64,000 nucleotides of DNA from an uncultured Pseudomonadales bacterium (GTDB lineage Bacteria; Patescibacteriota; Microgenomatia; UBA1400; CAYXSR01): assembly GCA_964430265.1 (NCBI GenBank), contig CAYSEI010000004.1:45872-109871 (forward strand), written 5' to 3'. How positions within the stretch are numbered: the first letter of the stretch is position 1; each line of letters begins with the position of its first letter. Shown here in pieces: positions 50,679 through 59,336 of this stretch. The notes under the pieces were generated by a model. The model saw only the letters and a program-made list of their open reading frames with translations, ran no database searches and had not been told where the DNA came from. A program made the translations under genes and the position numbers.

Positions 50679-51829
50679 AAAAAATCAAAAAGTATTTGAA
50701 TAAAAAAAGAATATTAGTTTGGCTGCTGCTTTTATTTGGAGTTGCATTAATGGGTACCCTTTTTCCCTTAAAAACCGGTTATCTTGCTGGAGGAAATATG
50801 GATGCATACAAATCCAAGCCTTGGCTTTACTGGCTGGCAAATTTTGACGGCGACCACTATATTTCCATTGCCAAAAGGGGATATGTCCAGTTTCAGCAAG
50901 CCTTTTTCCCTTTATATTCCTATTTAATTTCGCGTATTGCTTCTTTTTTTAAAAATTCTTTTCAGACGTACTTTTTTTCCGGAATAGCTTTATCTTTTGT
51001 TTGCTTCCTTTTATTCTTCCGCTATTTAAAAAGACTTATAAAAAAGGATTTTAAAAAATTTAGTTTTAAAAAAACAAAGTTAATCTATCTTTTATATCCT
51101 ACCGCTTTCTTTTTAATTTCCATTTATACAGAATCATTGTTTTTGTTTTTAGCAGTTGCAGCTTTTTATTTTTACAGCAAGAAAAGAAAAATTCTATATA
51201 TCTTTTTCAGCAGTCTGGCAACAGCTACCAGGTTAATTGGTGTATTTATTCCTTTTTCAATATTTTTAGAATATTTAATTAAAGCTTTTGATGACGAAAC
51301 AAACAAAAAAATATTTTCAGTTGAAACACTAAAAAAAGGTTTAACATCAATTTTAGCTTCCAGCGGTCTTTTATATTACATGAACTATCTTTGGCAGACA
51401 AAAAATGATCCTTTATATTTTTTTCATGTCCAGCCTGAGTTTGGCGCCAACCGCAGCGGGGGAAAGTTAATTCTTCCCTACCAGGTTTTATGGCGTTACA
51501 TTAAAATTATTTTTACTGCCAACCCACGTACTGTAGAATATTTTGTTGCTGTTCAGGAGATTGCTTTAACAGTACTTTTTATTGCAGTATTTTTCTGGGC
51601 AATTAAAAAGGTAAAATCCAGGTACCTGATTTATTCCGGGGCAGTAATTATTTTACCCACTTTAACCGGAACTCTTTCTTCTATGCCAAGATATATTATG
51701 GCGGCTTTTCCTTTGTTTATAGTTCTTAGCAAACTTAAAAAAAGAAAGAAAAAAATTCTTTTGGCGGTATTTGCAATTCTTTTAATTATTAACCTGATAT
51801 TATTCAGCCGCGGATATTTTGTAAGTTAG
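50675..51829 (+). CDS. PIG-V/GT76-like mannosyltransferase (GT-C)
   Basis: NFDGxHYxxIAxxGY, AFFPLY, YTESLFL, TRLIG, SMPRY. Confidence 0.8.
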   Translation: MKKIKKYLNKKRILVWLLLLFGVALMGTLFPLKTGYLAGGNMDAYKSKPWLYWLANFDGDHYISIAKRGYVQFQQAFFPLYSYLISRIASFFKNSFQTYFFSGIALSFVCFLLFFRYLKRLIKKDFKKFSFKKTKLIYLLYPTAFFLISIYTESLFLFLAVAAFYFYSKKRKILYIFFSSLATATRLIGVFIPFSIFLEYLIKAFDDETNKKIFSVETLKKGLTSILASSGLLYYMNYLWQTKNDPLYFFHVQPEFGANRSGGKLILPYQVLWRYIKIIFTANPRTVEYFVAVQEIALTVLFIAVFFWAIKKVKSRYLIYSGAVIILPTLTGTLSSMPRYIMAAFPLFIVLSKLKKRKKKILLAVFAILLIINLILFSRGYFVS

Positions 51830-52202
51830 AAGAATGCTGTTTAAGCCATTGGCTTATGTTCCCAACATCCATTTGTTTACTTTCAATGCTTAAAACCAAT
51901 TCAATAAATTCGTTTTTTTCTGCTTTAATATTCACGCTATTTATATTTAAAAAATATAAACACGCAGCTAAAGCGGTTCTTTTATTGGCGTCAACAAAAG
52001 CATGGTTCAAGATTAAAGTTTGCAGTAAAACTGCAGCTTTTGAAAAAATACTGGAATATAAATCTTTTCCAGCGAAAGTGGATTTAGGTTTTTCCACTGC
52101 TGAGTAAAGAAGCGATAGGTCACGAATTCCCTTACTTCCCTTACTTTTTTCAAGTATTTTCTGGTGGAGAAAAACAACTTCCTCAACAGTTGGGTATTTC
52201 AT
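51804..52202 (-). CDS. doc: Fic/Doc-family toxin (death-on-curing type)
   Basis: GIRDxxLLxSA and the Doc motif HAFVDANKRTA. Confidence 0.9.
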   Translation of the reverse strand: MKYPTVEEVVFLHQKILEKSKGSKGIRDLSLLYSAVEKPKSTFAGKDLYSSIFSKAAVLLQTLILNHAFVDANKRTALAACLYFLNINSVNIKAEKNEFIELVLSIESKQMDVGNISQWLKQHSSNLQNIRG

Positions 52203-52435
52203 TTTTCAGCAAGCTCATCAAGAAGGCTTTGGTTTTTGCTAATAAAGGTTTCCGCCCATGTTTTTATATTTTCTTTATTGAAAGAGCTATCTTTGGGCTT
52301 AATAATAATAGTCTGGGATTGAATATCAGTATCAACTTTAACTTTTTTACCTATCTTAAGATCAGTTGATTCTAAAAAGTCTTTTGGAATCGTGACGGCA
52401 GCTGAATTGCCGACTTTAATTATTTTTTGAAACAT
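52199..52435 (-). CDS. AbrB/MazE-fold antitoxin
   Basis: KIIKVGNSAAVTIPK N-terminus; C-terminal LLDELA helix; 4-nt overlap with doc. Confidence 0.88.
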   Translation of the reverse strand: MFQKIIKVGNSAAVTIPKDFLESTDLKIGKKVKVDTDIQSQTIIIKPKDSSFNKENIKTWAETFISKNQSLLDELAEK

Positions 52436-52446
52436 GAGTACTTTTC

Positions 52447-52491
52447 AATTTAGTTATAACTAAATTATAACTGAAAATAATAGATTGTCAA
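52447..52491 (-). promoter_or_regulatory. TA promoter TTGACA-N16-TATAAT with an overlapping perfect 20-bp palindromic operator
   Basis: -35 at 52486-52491 and -10 at 52464-52469 on the minus strand; palindrome AATTTAGTTATAACTAAATT at 52447-52466. Confidence 0.8.
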
Positions 52492-52520
52492 CAATAAATG
52501 TATTCTGATAGACTAGGGGT

Positions 52521-53234
52521 ATGAAAAAGTTTAAAAAACTTTCCATAATTATCCCCGTATACAATGAAGAAAAAACAATTAAACAGGTAATAAAAGAAGT
52601 AAAAAAATCCAAAACATTAGGTTTAAAAAAAGAAATTGTAATCATTGACGACGGATCAAATAAAGCAACAAAAAGTATTCTTAAAAAATACAAAAACGAA
52701 AAGAATATTATTCTTTTAAATAATAAAAAAAATAAAGGAAAAGGATATTGTATTAAAAGAGGATTTAAACAGAGTACAGGTGATATAGTTTTGATACAGG
52801 ATGCTGATTTAGAATATTCTCCAAAAGAATACCCCGAACTTATATCTCCCATTTTGCAAAACAAAGCAGATGCGGTAATCGGTTCCCGCTTTATGACTCA
52901 AAAAGCACACAGAACCTTGTATTTTCACCACTACCTATTTAACAAAATGCTGACTTTTTTTTCCAATATTTTAACCAATCTCAATCTTTCGGACATGGAA
53001 TGCGGATATAAAGTGTTTAAAGGTGAATTTGCAAGAAAAATTGTACCCAAGCTTAAATCCAATTCCTTTACTATTGAACCGGAGCTAATTGCCAAAGTGG
53101 CAAAAAACAACCTTTCAGTATATGAAGTTGGTGTTTCATATAGGGGAAGGACATATGCAGAAGGCAAAAAAATCACCTGGGTTGATGGAATAAAAGCATT
53201 TTTTGGAATTATATATTTTAACCTACTTGCCTAA
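52521..53234 (+). CDS. GT2, DPM/DPG-synthase-like polyprenyl-phosphate glycosyltransferase
   Basis: IPVYNEE, DDGS, GKG, IQDADLEYSP, GSRF, DMECGYKVF, EPEL, GRTYAEGKKI. Confidence 0.88.
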   Translation: MKKFKKLSIIIPVYNEEKTIKQVIKEVKKSKTLGLKKEIVIIDDGSNKATKSILKKYKNEKNIILLNNKKNKGKGYCIKRGFKQSTGDIVLIQDADLEYSPKEYPELISPILQNKADAVIGSRFMTQKAHRTLYFHHYLFNKMLTFFSNILTNLNLSDMECGYKVFKGEFARKIVPKLKSNSFTIEPELIAKVAKNNLSVYEVGVSYRGRTYAEGKKITWVDGIKAFFGIIYFNLLA

Positions 53235-53254
53235 GGTCCTTCCCAATTTCTTTT

Positions 53255-53274
53255 CCCGAGACGGACAACTTTCG
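53255..53274. repeat. Degenerate direct repeat, copy 1 (CCCGAgaCGGACAactTTCG)
   Basis: 15 of 20 positions match 58550-58569 without gaps; also forms a CCCGA/TCGGG hairpin. Confidence 0.45.
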
Positions 53275-53276
53275 GG

Positions 53277-54383
53277 CTATACTACAATTTGCTCCCAGGG
53301 ATAAGTTTTATTTCCAAAATGTCCGTATCTAGCTGTTTTTTGGTAAACTGGTTTTTTTAAATCCAAGCCTTTAATAATTCCATTAACAGATAAATCCAAA
53401 AGATTCCAAGCAAAATTATTTATTTTATTCATACTCTTTTTCTCAGTTCCAAAAGTATTTATAGATTTTGCAATCGGCTGGACATGGCCGATTACATAAG
53501 CAAGCTGAACTTCACATCTTTCTGCCAATCCGGCAGCAACAATGTTTTTAGCAATGTATCTTGCTGCATATGCACCGCTTCTATCAACTTTAGTTAAGTC
53601 TTTTCCAGAAAAGCATCCGCCGCCAACTCTTGCCATGCCTCCATAAGAATCAACAATTATTTTTCTGCCAGTTTCACCAGTGTCAGAAGCAGGCCCGCCG
53701 ATTTCCCATTTTCCTGTTCCATTAATTATTAAGTCTTTTGTTTTAATAATTTTCTGCTTGTATTTTTCAAGGATTGGAACAACAGCTTTTTTGTACAAAT
53801 CATTTTTAAGCTGTTTTACACTTACATTCTGGTTGTGAGGTGCAGCTAAAACTATTTTAGCCACATTCTCTGGTCTTCCATTGCGGTAATTAACAATTAC
53901 TTCGCTCTTTCCGTCAGGACGCAGATAGTTTAGTTTAGACAGTCTTAATGTATCTATTTTTTCTGTAAGTTTGTGAGCAAGCATTATTGGCAAAGGCATC
54001 AGCTCCGGTGTTTCATTACAAGCATATCCAAACATCATACCCTGGTCACCTGCGCCACCATTGTCTACACCTTGAGAAATATCAGCAGATTGTTTGTTTA
54101 CTTTAACAAGGATAGGGGATTTGTCTGAATATCCCCATTCAGGGTGTGTGTATCCCAGTTCTTTTATCTTTTTTTTGGCAATATGTTTGTAATCAATTTC
54201 TTTTTTGCAGGTCACTTCACCTGCAATAGTGGTATGGTTTTTAGTTGCCAAACATTCTACTGCCACTCTGGATTCAGGATCAGCAGTATAGGCTGCATCT
54301 AAAACAGCGTCAGAAATTTGGTCACAGATCTTGTCCGGGTGACCGGCACAAACAGATTCGGAAACAAATACGGGGTATTTCAT
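53277..54383 (-). CDS. metK: S-adenosylmethionine synthetase
   Basis: SESVxxGHPDKICDQISD, GAGDQG, PDGK, TGRKII, GGGCFSGKD, KVDRSGAY, YGHFG. Confidence 0.97.
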   Translation of the reverse strand: MKYPVFVSESVCAGHPDKICDQISDAVLDAAYTADPESRVAVECLATKNHTTIAGEVTCKKEIDYKHIAKKKIKELGYTHPEWGYSDKSPILVKVNKQSADISQGVDNGGAGDQGMMFGYACNETPELMPLPIMLAHKLTEKIDTLRLSKLNYLRPDGKSEVIVNYRNGRPENVAKIVLAAPHNQNVSVKQLKNDLYKKAVVPILEKYKQKIIKTKDLIINGTGKWEIGGPASDTGETGRKIIVDSYGGMARVGGGCFSGKDLTKVDRSGAYAARYIAKNIVAAGLAERCEVQLAYVIGHVQPIAKSINTFGTEKKSMNKINNFAWNLLDLSVNGIIKGLDLKKPVYQKTARYGHFGNKTYPWEQIVV

Positions 54384-54407
54384 TTTCCCTCCTAGAAATT
54401 ATATATA

Positions 54408-54514
54408 TAGTTGGGCGTGTCATTCCCTTTTTGGTCTGGTATTAGCACCGTGCAAATGTCGGTTGCTGAATGGCTCAAACGGGCCAGTTCCCTTGCCACT
54501 GCTCTAGACAACTA
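54408..54514 (-). ncRNA. SAM-I (S-box) riboswitch upstream of metK
   Basis: Minus strand GTCTAGAGcAGTGGCaAGGGAACTGGCCCgtttgaGCCATTcaGCAACCG..CGGTGCTAATACCAGaCCaaaaaGGgaatGAC. P2, P3 and the CTGG/CCAG pseudoknot are all present; the downstream gene is metK. Confidence 0.85.
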
Positions 54515-54519
54515 ACCCC

Positions 54520-54549
54520 ATTATATTTCCCAAAATTAGATTCTGTCAA
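54520..54549 (-). promoter_or_regulatory. metK promoter TTGACA-N18-TATAAT
   Basis: -35 at 54544-54549 and -10 at 54520-54525 on the minus strand; predicted start just before the aptamer. Confidence 0.7.
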
Positions 54550-54574
54550 TTGTAATATGCTAAAATTATTAGCA

Positions 54575-55432
54575 ATGAAAGATTTAGCAATCATAATTGT
54601 CTCTTACAATACCAAAGATTTATTAGACCAGTGTATAAACTCCATATACAAACACACCCGGGATATAGATTTTGAAATTATTATTGTTGACAATAATTCA
54701 TCAGACGGCACAAAAGAGATGATAAACAAGAAATATCCTAATATTTATTTAATTGAAAACAAAGAAAATATTGGCTATGGAAACGCAAACAACCAGGGGA
54801 TGAAAAAAGCTGATGCCAAATATTTATGTCTTTTAAATTCGGATACATATATTCATTCAAATGTTTTTAAAAAGATGTATGATTTTATGCAGGAGAATAA
54901 ACAGGTTGATGTTTTGGGTCCAAAGCTATTGCATCAGAACGCGCATGCTCAAAGGTCAGTGGGAAAAGACTACACACTCCCAATTGTTTTTATAATGCTT
55001 TTTGGCGGAGACAAAATCTTAAGAACCGCACCTAAAAGAACAAAAAAGGTTGATTGGATTATGGGTGCCTGTTTTATGCTTAAAAGCAAAGTATTTGAAA
55101 ATACCAAGGGATTTGATCCGGACTTTTTTATGTATGTTGAAGAAGTGGAATGGTGTAAAAGGATCCGCCAGTCTGGCTTTAATATCTTTCACAACCCCAA
55201 TTTTTCACTTTACCATTTAGAAAGAGGTAGTTCAGGAGGTAAAAAAACAAACGCAATTGTGGGCATTTACAAAGGAATAATGCTTTATTATAAAAAGCAT
55301 TATTCAAAAGTAGGGCAGAGGACTGCCAAATTCCTTCTTAAACTCAAAGCCCAAATTTCAATCATAATCGGCAAATTAATAAAAAGCGATTATTTAATTG
55401 AAACTTACACTAGAGCTTTGGAAGTTTTCTAA
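54575..55432 (+). CDS. GT2 glycosyltransferase (WbbL/rhamnosyltransferase-like)
   Basis: IIIVSYNT, VDNNSSDG, NIGYxxANNQG, LLNSD, GACFM, FFMYVEEVEW. True start ATG 54575, after TGcTAAAAT. Confidence 0.88.
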   Translation: MKDLAIIIVSYNTKDLLDQCINSIYKHTRDIDFEIIIVDNNSSDGTKEMINKKYPNIYLIENKENIGYGNANNQGMKKADAKYLCLLNSDTYIHSNVFKKMYDFMQENKQVDVLGPKLLHQNAHAQRSVGKDYTLPIVFIMLFGGDKILRTAPKRTKKVDWIMGACFMLKSKVFENTKGFDPDFFMYVEEVEWCKRIRQSGFNIFHNPNFSLYHLERGSSGGKKTNAIVGIYKGIMLYYKKHYSKVGQRTAKFLLKLKAQISIIIGKLIKSDYLIETYTRALEVF

Positions 55433-56131
55433 TTCTTCTGGAGTTCCTAAAATATTACATTTATCAGCAGTATCAAGAATAAATTTCTTGCCTTTTTTAA
55501 TTAAATCGTTATACATCGGAGCAATATAAAATTCACCTTTTGTTTTTTTGTCTTTTTGAATATGCTTGCTGCCAGTACTAAAAAAATCAGCTGCTTTTTT
55601 AAAATGATACAAGCCTGTTAAGGCTTTGTTTGAAATTGGCTCTTTTTCAGTTAGTCTTTTCACAAAGCCTTTTGCATTAGTTTGGGCAAAACTATAACGC
55701 TTTTTTGTTGATTGAAAAGAGCCGATTACACCGTCAATATTGTTTTTTTTAAGGTTGTCAACTAAGCTTTTTGATTGAAAACAAGTATCAATATTAAAAA
55801 TTAAAAGTGGTTCATCGGGATTAATTTTAGAATGCGCTTTTAAAACAGTTTCTGCTTGGCCCTGGGTGTATTTGGAGATATAAACAAATTCTATTTTATC
55901 TGTAAATTTCTTGTACCATTGATAAACTTTTTTAGAAATATTCAGTTCTTTTTCTTGTTTTTCTAAAGCTACAAAGATAATTTTTGTAGCCAAATCTATT
56001 GGCAGAGAATTTACACTCAATTGTAAAAGAGTTTTATCATGTACTTTAATTAAAGGTTTTGCTGTTTTATAACCAGCTTTTTTAAAACGACTTCCCTTCC
56101 CAGCCATTGGTATTATAATATTAAGCTTCAT
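55394..56131 (-). CDS. BcbE-like nucleotidyltransferase (GT-A fold, capsule-biosynthesis type)
   Basis: IIIPMAGxGSRFxxAGYxxxKPLI, TQGQAETV, FNIDT, EKEPIS, GEFYIAPMYN, LGTPEE. Confidence 0.8.
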   Translation of the reverse strand: MKLNIIIPMAGKGSRFKKAGYKTAKPLIKVHDKTLLQLSVNSLPIDLATKIIFVALEKQEKELNISKKVYQWYKKFTDKIEFVYISKYTQGQAETVLKAHSKINPDEPLLIFNIDTCFQSKSLVDNLKKNNIDGVIGSFQSTKKRYSFAQTNAKGFVKRLTEKEPISNKALTGLYHFKKAADFFSTGSKHIQKDKKTKGEFYIAPMYNDLIKKGKKFILDTADKCNILGTPEELENFQSSSVSFN

Positions 56132-57728
56132 TTAATAGTTTTAATCCGTGAAAATACATAATTTTTTGTTTATGATATGAATCATGATGCAGAGGAGTCA
56201 TGGAGATAAATAATAAGCCGACAATAAACTTGATATCGTTTTTATTATATGACATTTTTTTAATTAAATTTGCGCATAATTTTTTAATCAGTTTGTTTTC
56301 TTTTCTATAATTCAACCGATATTTAATATTTTGCTTTCCAGTTTCAATTTCAAATAGGTTATTAACAATGTAGTCATAACCATAGATTGCAGAATGGGCA
56401 AGTTTGGCAATATCATATTTTTGGTCTCCATAAATACCCGGACATGATCTGCCTAAGCTGCCTCTTTGATCAATTAGTCTAATGATACCGGTTTTTAAAT
56501 CATAAAGAATGTTATTAAAACAAAAATCTCCGTGCATAATGCACAAATGTTTTTTAGCATATAATTTTTCTATACGTGAATCAATTTTATTAGATAAATT
56601 GTCAAGCGGTTGACATTGCAGGTTGTTAATTTGTATTTCTTTTTTATAGAGTTCTTTTTCTTTAACGGGAATCTGTTTTAAGAATTCCTTTATCCTTTTT
56701 TTTGTTTTATGCAAATAAAATTTTTGATAGGTTTTTTTGTCAATTATTGGTTTCTCTTTTTGAAAATGTTTCAGTATTTCTTCTAGATAAGAAAATATTT
56801 TATGCCAATGTGCTGGGTCAATGTCCCAGTAAAGCATATATTCAGCCAGGTTGGGGTAACCGTAGTATTCTATTTTATATCTGTCTTTATTATTGTAAGT
56901 TTTTATCAGCCTGGGAAAATATATGCGGTATTTTTCAGGCAGCTTTTCTAAAAAATTAGCTTCGTTTGCAAGCTTTTTATTGTTTTTTGATTTTTTTGTC
57001 AGTACTCCTGCAGGAAGATTAACACTAATCTGGTTAAATACGCGTGATGCAAGTAATTTGTTTCTTGCTTCAAAATAGTTGATTTCGTGTCCGCAGTCGA
57101 TCCAGTTGACTTTTTTAAATTTCAAGTTAATTTGCTGATTTAATCTTTTAATTAATTCCAAAAGGTCCTGTTGGTTTTCAATTTTAGTTAAGGTCTTTTT
57201 TAATGCCGCAGTTTTTGTATAAAAAAGACCAGTAAATGGATAAGCATGGTTTAAAAAGGATTTGTTTTTAGTCAAAAAAATGGGTTTGTTGTTTTTAAAT
57301 TGGATGCCGGCGCCAACGCGGTAGTTGCGCTGCTTGGATGAAATTTGTACTTCGTTTAATAAGGGAAGACGTGTGGGAATTGTTGTAACTAAATTTACGA
57401 TTATATTTTTTTTAGGTTTTATTTTTTTGATACTTTGCGCTAAGGAGTCATTTACACCGGAAGAGTTTTTTAAAGCGATAAGTGAATAATTGTGTAATGA
57501 CTGATTAAGTTCATTACTTACATTTTGTGCTTGTTTCTGAGAGACAACGACATTTATTGGGAAATTTGTTTTATTTCTGTAAAAGTCCAGCAGGTACCAG
57601 AGCAGGGGTCGGTTATTAACCGGTATTAAAGCTGGCGAAGCAAATTTACTCCTAATATAAGGCAGTTTTTTGCTTATATCACCAGCTGCCAATATTATAA
57701 TTTCAGTTGTAGTTTTATTCTCTGCCAT
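56121..57728 (-). CDS. Capsule-biosynthesis-type fusion: degenerate nucleotidyltransferase plus APH/choline-kinase-like domain
   Basis: IILAAG...LIPVNNRP, WIDCGH; C-terminal HGDFCFNNIL, LIDQRG, GDQKYDIAKLAHS. Confidence 0.75.
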   Translation of the reverse strand: MAENKTTTEIIILAAGDISKKLPYIRSKFASPALIPVNNRPLLWYLLDFYRNKTNFPINVVVSQKQAQNVSNELNQSLHNYSLIALKNSSGVNDSLAQSIKKIKPKKNIIVNLVTTIPTRLPLLNEVQISSKQRNYRVGAGIQFKNNKPIFLTKNKSFLNHAYPFTGLFYTKTAALKKTLTKIENQQDLLELIKRLNQQINLKFKKVNWIDCGHEINYFEARNKLLASRVFNQISVNLPAGVLTKKSKNNKKLANEANFLEKLPEKYRIYFPRLIKTYNNKDRYKIEYYGYPNLAEYMLYWDIDPAHWHKIFSYLEEILKHFQKEKPIIDKKTYQKFYLHKTKKRIKEFLKQIPVKEKELYKKEIQINNLQCQPLDNLSNKIDSRIEKLYAKKHLCIMHGDFCFNNILYDLKTGIIRLIDQRGSLGRSCPGIYGDQKYDIAKLAHSAIYGYDYIVNNLFEIETGKQNIKYRLNYRKENKLIKKLCANLIKKMSYNKNDIKFIVGLLFISMTPLHHDSYHKQKIMYFHGLKLLNEA

Positions 57729-58522
57729 AATCTTATTAAAGCTTGTTCAAGTTTCCAGCGGTATTTGTTTATTTTCAGTTTATCTTTTCCAACGCGTAAA
57801 ATATAGCAGTACATGGAAAAAGTTTTTGTTTTTATTTTAGCTTTATTTAGGTGATATCTCATTAATCTTTGCTCGACACGGTAATTTACCCATTGGCCAT
57901 TGCCAAGAGGATTTTTCCAGTAGGAAGGTAATTTTTCCCAGACAGAAGTATAATAATCCATATTAGAGGAATTAGACACGGCAAACTTATCACTTGCCAT
58001 ATACAAAGGAACTGTTCCATATTTATCAACCCAAAGTATATCGAAATTATTTTTTACTATGTTTGGAATTTCCTCCATCAGCATCAAATCCGGTCTAATT
58101 CTAATAACCATATCATAGACAAAATTATTTTCAGCCTCGTAGTTTTTTTTTAGTTGATTGCAAGCATACATTTTATAAAAGAGGGGCAGGTTTGACTTAG
58201 AGTGTAGAGGGCTTTTTTTTCTTAATATTTCAGGTCTGCGGATACCTTTTAATTCATTAAAATATTCTTTTTTAAAAGGCTCGATTACAACTGCTACAGG
58301 AGAATAAAGATCATTCAGAAGTGCATCAGTTACTTTATATGCAGATTTTTTCTTTTTTTGTTTATTTTGAACTCTTTGACCGGTTCTTTCCCAGGTATGA
58401 ATAAAAATGTCAGGCTGCAAAGGCTGCAACATATATTTCTTTAGATTACCGTAACAGCGTTTATAAGTACGCATTTGTCCGGAAATGCAGAGTGCAGTCT
58501 TTAGTTTGCGCTTTTTCTTCAT
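57695..58522 (-). CDS. Putative glycosyltransferase-like protein of uncharacterised family
   Basis: ALCISGQMR, DIFIHTW, YDMVIRIRPDL, SDKFA; operonic with the two genes above. Confidence 0.55.
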   Translation of the reverse strand: MKKKRKLKTALCISGQMRTYKRCYGNLKKYMLQPLQPDIFIHTWERTGQRVQNKQKKKKSAYKVTDALLNDLYSPVAVVIEPFKKEYFNELKGIRRPEILRKKSPLHSKSNLPLFYKMYACNQLKKNYEAENNFVYDMVIRIRPDLMLMEEIPNIVKNNFDILWVDKYGTVPLYMASDKFAVSNSSNMDYYTSVWEKLPSYWKNPLGNGQWVNYRVEQRLMRYHLNKAKIKTKTFSMYCYILRVGKDKLKINKYRWKLEQALIRLWQRIKLQLKL

Positions 58523-58549
58523 GAATTTAATTATACAACAGATTTTTTC

Positions 58550-58569
58550 CCCGATTCGGACATTCTTCG
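58550..58569. repeat. Degenerate direct repeat, copy 2 (CCCGAttCGGACAttcTTCG)
   Basis: Matches 53255-53274 at 15 of 20 positions; intergenic. Confidence 0.45.
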
Positions 58570-58661
58570 AATTTTAGGCAAGTGGAAGCGGACGAAAAAG
58601 CTATGCTGTGAAATGATAAATTAGCAATAATTAAATTTTTTTGTGCTATTATAAAATTATT

Positions 58662-59315
58662 GTGAAAAAGAAACATATTATTACTTCTTTTCTTCTTTTA
58701 ATCTTTTCTATTTTGAGTATTTTTCTTATCTATAAAAATAAAATTCTGCAGAAAGATGCAGATACTTTTCTTGTCCGTGAAGTTTTTGACGGAGATTCTT
58801 TTTTGATTGAGTTGAATGAAGATGTCCGCCTAGTTAACTTAGACGCGCCGCAACTAAAATATTGCATGGGAAAAGAGGCAAAAGAGCGTTTGGAAGAATT
58901 AATCCTTCATAAAGAAATACGTTTGGAAGAGGCAGGAATGGGTGAGTTTAATAGAATCTTGGTTTTTGTATATGTAGATGATTTATTTATTAATGAAATA
59001 ATGGTCAAAGAAGGTTATGCAAGATACCGGCCTTTAAAAACAAATAAAAAAGAAATTATTAAAGAAGCAGATGCATATGCTAGGGAAAATAATTTAGGAA
59101 TTTGGGGCAAATGTAGACAAAGACAAAATCCTGATAATCCGAACTGTAATATAAAGGGAAATATTGAGATCCGCTCAAAAGAAAAAAGATACTTTTTCCC
59201 GGGATGTACAAACTATACTAATGTAATTATAGATAAAGATCTTGGAGAAGAGTGGTTTTGTACAGAAAAAGAAGCACAAGAGGCAGGTTTTGAAAGATCC
59301 GGTGATTGTCCTTAG
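58662..59315 (+). CDS. Membrane-anchored thermonuclease (SNase) family protein with Cys-containing C-terminal domain
   Basis: N-terminal TM; DGDS, VRLxxLDAP, GYA, ARENNLGIWG; C-terminal CNIKGNI...WFCTEKEAQEAG. Probable GTG start at 58662. Confidence 0.85.
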   Translation: MKKKHIITSFLLLIFSILSIFLIYKNKILQKDADTFLVREVFDGDSFLIELNEDVRLVNLDAPQLKYCMGKEAKERLEELILHKEIRLEEAGMGEFNRILVFVYVDDLFINEIMVKEGYARYRPLKTNKKEIIKEADAYARENNLGIWGKCRQRQNPDNPNCNIKGNIEIRSKEKRYFFPGCTNYTNVIIDKDLGEEWFCTEKEAQEAGFERSGDCP

Positions 59316-59336
59316 TCATATAGTATAATCATATTT

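Noticed and set aside
53255-53276. Rho-independent terminator between the convergent GT2 and metK
   Set aside because: The stem is only about 5-6 bp with a long loop and no downstream U-tract on either strand; recorded as a repeat instead.
54470-54574. 35-aa N-terminal extension of the GT2 in the ORF track, and ORF 54245-54445
   Set aside because: They overlap the SAM riboswitch, the metK promoter or metK itself. The GT2 fold begins at Met 54575, after its own -10.
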